Part shown: positions 63,180-64,000 of the stretch, piece by piece
Layout of the letters: every line of letters starts with the position of its first letter
Position numbering within the stretch: the stretch's first letter is position 1
Origin: Escherichia phage vB_EcoM_CRJP21
Sequence record: OQ708376.1
Length of the DNA stretch: 64,000 nucleotides
Reading direction: 5' to 3' (one strand)
Notes under the pieces: model-generated
Seen by the model: the letters and a program-made list of their open reading frames with translations, nothing else
Databases searched by the model: none
Told to the model about the DNA's origin: nothing
Made by a program: the position numbers and the translations under genes

Positions 63180-63640
63180 TGAAACCTTGGCATTGGATTA
63201 TCAAAGATGATAAATCTAAAATTATTGAAATGATTGAGTTCTTTAACAAAGAAGTTGAAGAAGCTCGTCGTGAAGTAAAGAAGATTGGCATCATTGAAAA
63301 AATTGCTCAAGAGATTCCTGGCTGGCATGAGACGCGTCTAAGCCAGCTTCAAGAACTTGAAGCAGTATTGGAAATGTTAGAAATTGAAATGCGTCAGGTA
63401 CAAGCCGAGAAGTTCAAATACTTTCTCGAAGGATACCGCCGTGCACTATCTTCATCTGACTGTAAAAAGTATGTTGAAGGTGATAAAGATGTTTGTGAGT
63501 TAGCAGAACTTATAAACGAGGTATCTTATATAAGAAATACATATTCAAGTATTGTTAAATCCTTAGAGATGAAAGCTTTTCAGTTAAACAATATTGTGAG
63601 ACTACGTGCCGCTGGTATTGAGGATGCACGTTTAGAATAA
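63179..63640 (+). CDS. UvsY-like recombination mediator (putative)
   Basis: Directly downstream of uvsX, overlapping its stop; C-terminus KAFQLNNIVRLRAAG resembles T4 UvsY RGFAIKHIQDMRAFEAG; similar size. Confidence 0.4.
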   Translation: MKPWHWIIKDDKSKIIEMIEFFNKEVEEARREVKKIGIIEKIAQEIPGWHETRLSQLQELEAVLEMLEIEMRQVQAEKFKYFLEGYRRALSSSDCKKYVEGDKDVCELAELINEVSYIRNTYSSIVKSLEMKAFQLNNIVRLRAAGIEDARLE

Positions 63641-63647
63641 TTATCAT

Positions 63648-63674
63648 TAAGGACGCATATCGCGTCCTTTTTCT
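63648..63674 (+). terminator. Rho-independent terminator
   Basis: Stem GGACGC / GCGTCC with ATATC loop, then T-run. Confidence 0.7.
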
Positions 63675-63687
63675 ATGCGAGAATAAA

Positions 63688-64000
63688 ATGACAAAATTAA
63701 ATGAGTTTTTATCAAATGTAGCAGTTCTAGATACTGAAACTACTGGGGTTGAGAGTGAAGATGATATTATTGAATTTAGTATCTCGTATCCACATACTTC
63801 ACATGAAAACATTGATACTATTGATAACTATACATTGAGATACAAACCCTTGAAAGATATTCCACCAGAGGCATCTGCTGTACACTTTATCAGTACTGAG
63901 GATGTAGCTAATTGTGTTGGGTATAAAGATGATTTAGATAACATTGATGCACTTATGGGATGCCGTAAGTATTTTGTTGGTCATAATGTACAATTTGACC
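63688..64000 (+). CDS. DnaQ-like 3'-5' exonuclease (DexA-like), N-terminal part only
   Basis: Manual translation MTKLNEFLSNVAVLDTETTGVE... with the DEDD exonuclease motif I (LDTETTG) and later GHNVQFD; open to the window end. Confidence 0.6.
   Translation, partial: MTKLNEFLSNVAVLDTETTGVESEDDIIEFSISYPHTSHENIDTIDNYTLRYKPLKDIPPEASAVHFISTEDVANCVGYKDDLDNIDALMGCRKYFVGHNVQFD

Overview
This window reads as a dense, AT-rich segment of a large T4-like (tevenvirus-like) myovirus genome, not a bacterial chromosome. It carries recognisable homologues of T4 core genes in a rearranged order: a baseplate/spike cluster on the minus strand (gp25-like, gp6-like, gp5-like spike with lysozyme domain, a separate T4-type lysozyme, and a giant 3333-aa ORF), a recombination/late-transcription block (gp55-like, gp47 Mre11-like, gp46 Rad50-like, endonuclease VII-like), a head module (portal gp20-like, acidic core protein, prohead protease gp21-like, scaffold, major capsid gp23-like), tail fibre plus Tfa-type chaperone, and a replication/packaging block (family-B DNA polymerase, clamp-like, GroES/gp31-like, RNase H, terminase large subunit, gp32-like SSB, UvsX, UvsY-like, DexA-like exonuclease). 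Accessory content includes a ClpA/ClpC-type Hsp100 ATPase, a NUDIX hydrolase, and a zinc-ribbon/T5orf172 gene pair behind a consensus host-type promoter. Most intergenic gaps hold GC-rich hairpin terminators. A promoter class TG(G/A)GAC-N17-TATAAT recurs in front of early/replication genes, and TATAAATA late-promoter motifs sit in front of head genes. The most unusual locus is an ORF-free ~840-bp interval (33533-34370) in which one of those promoters and an intrinsic terminator bracket a ~450-nt hairpin-rich region, a candidate structured non-coding RNA. A second notable candidate is a compositionally atypical gene just upstream of the large terminase that looks like a catalytically degenerate copy of the terminase ATPase domain. 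All protein calls rest on motif recognition and by-eye comparison with remembered T4 sequences; no database search was run.
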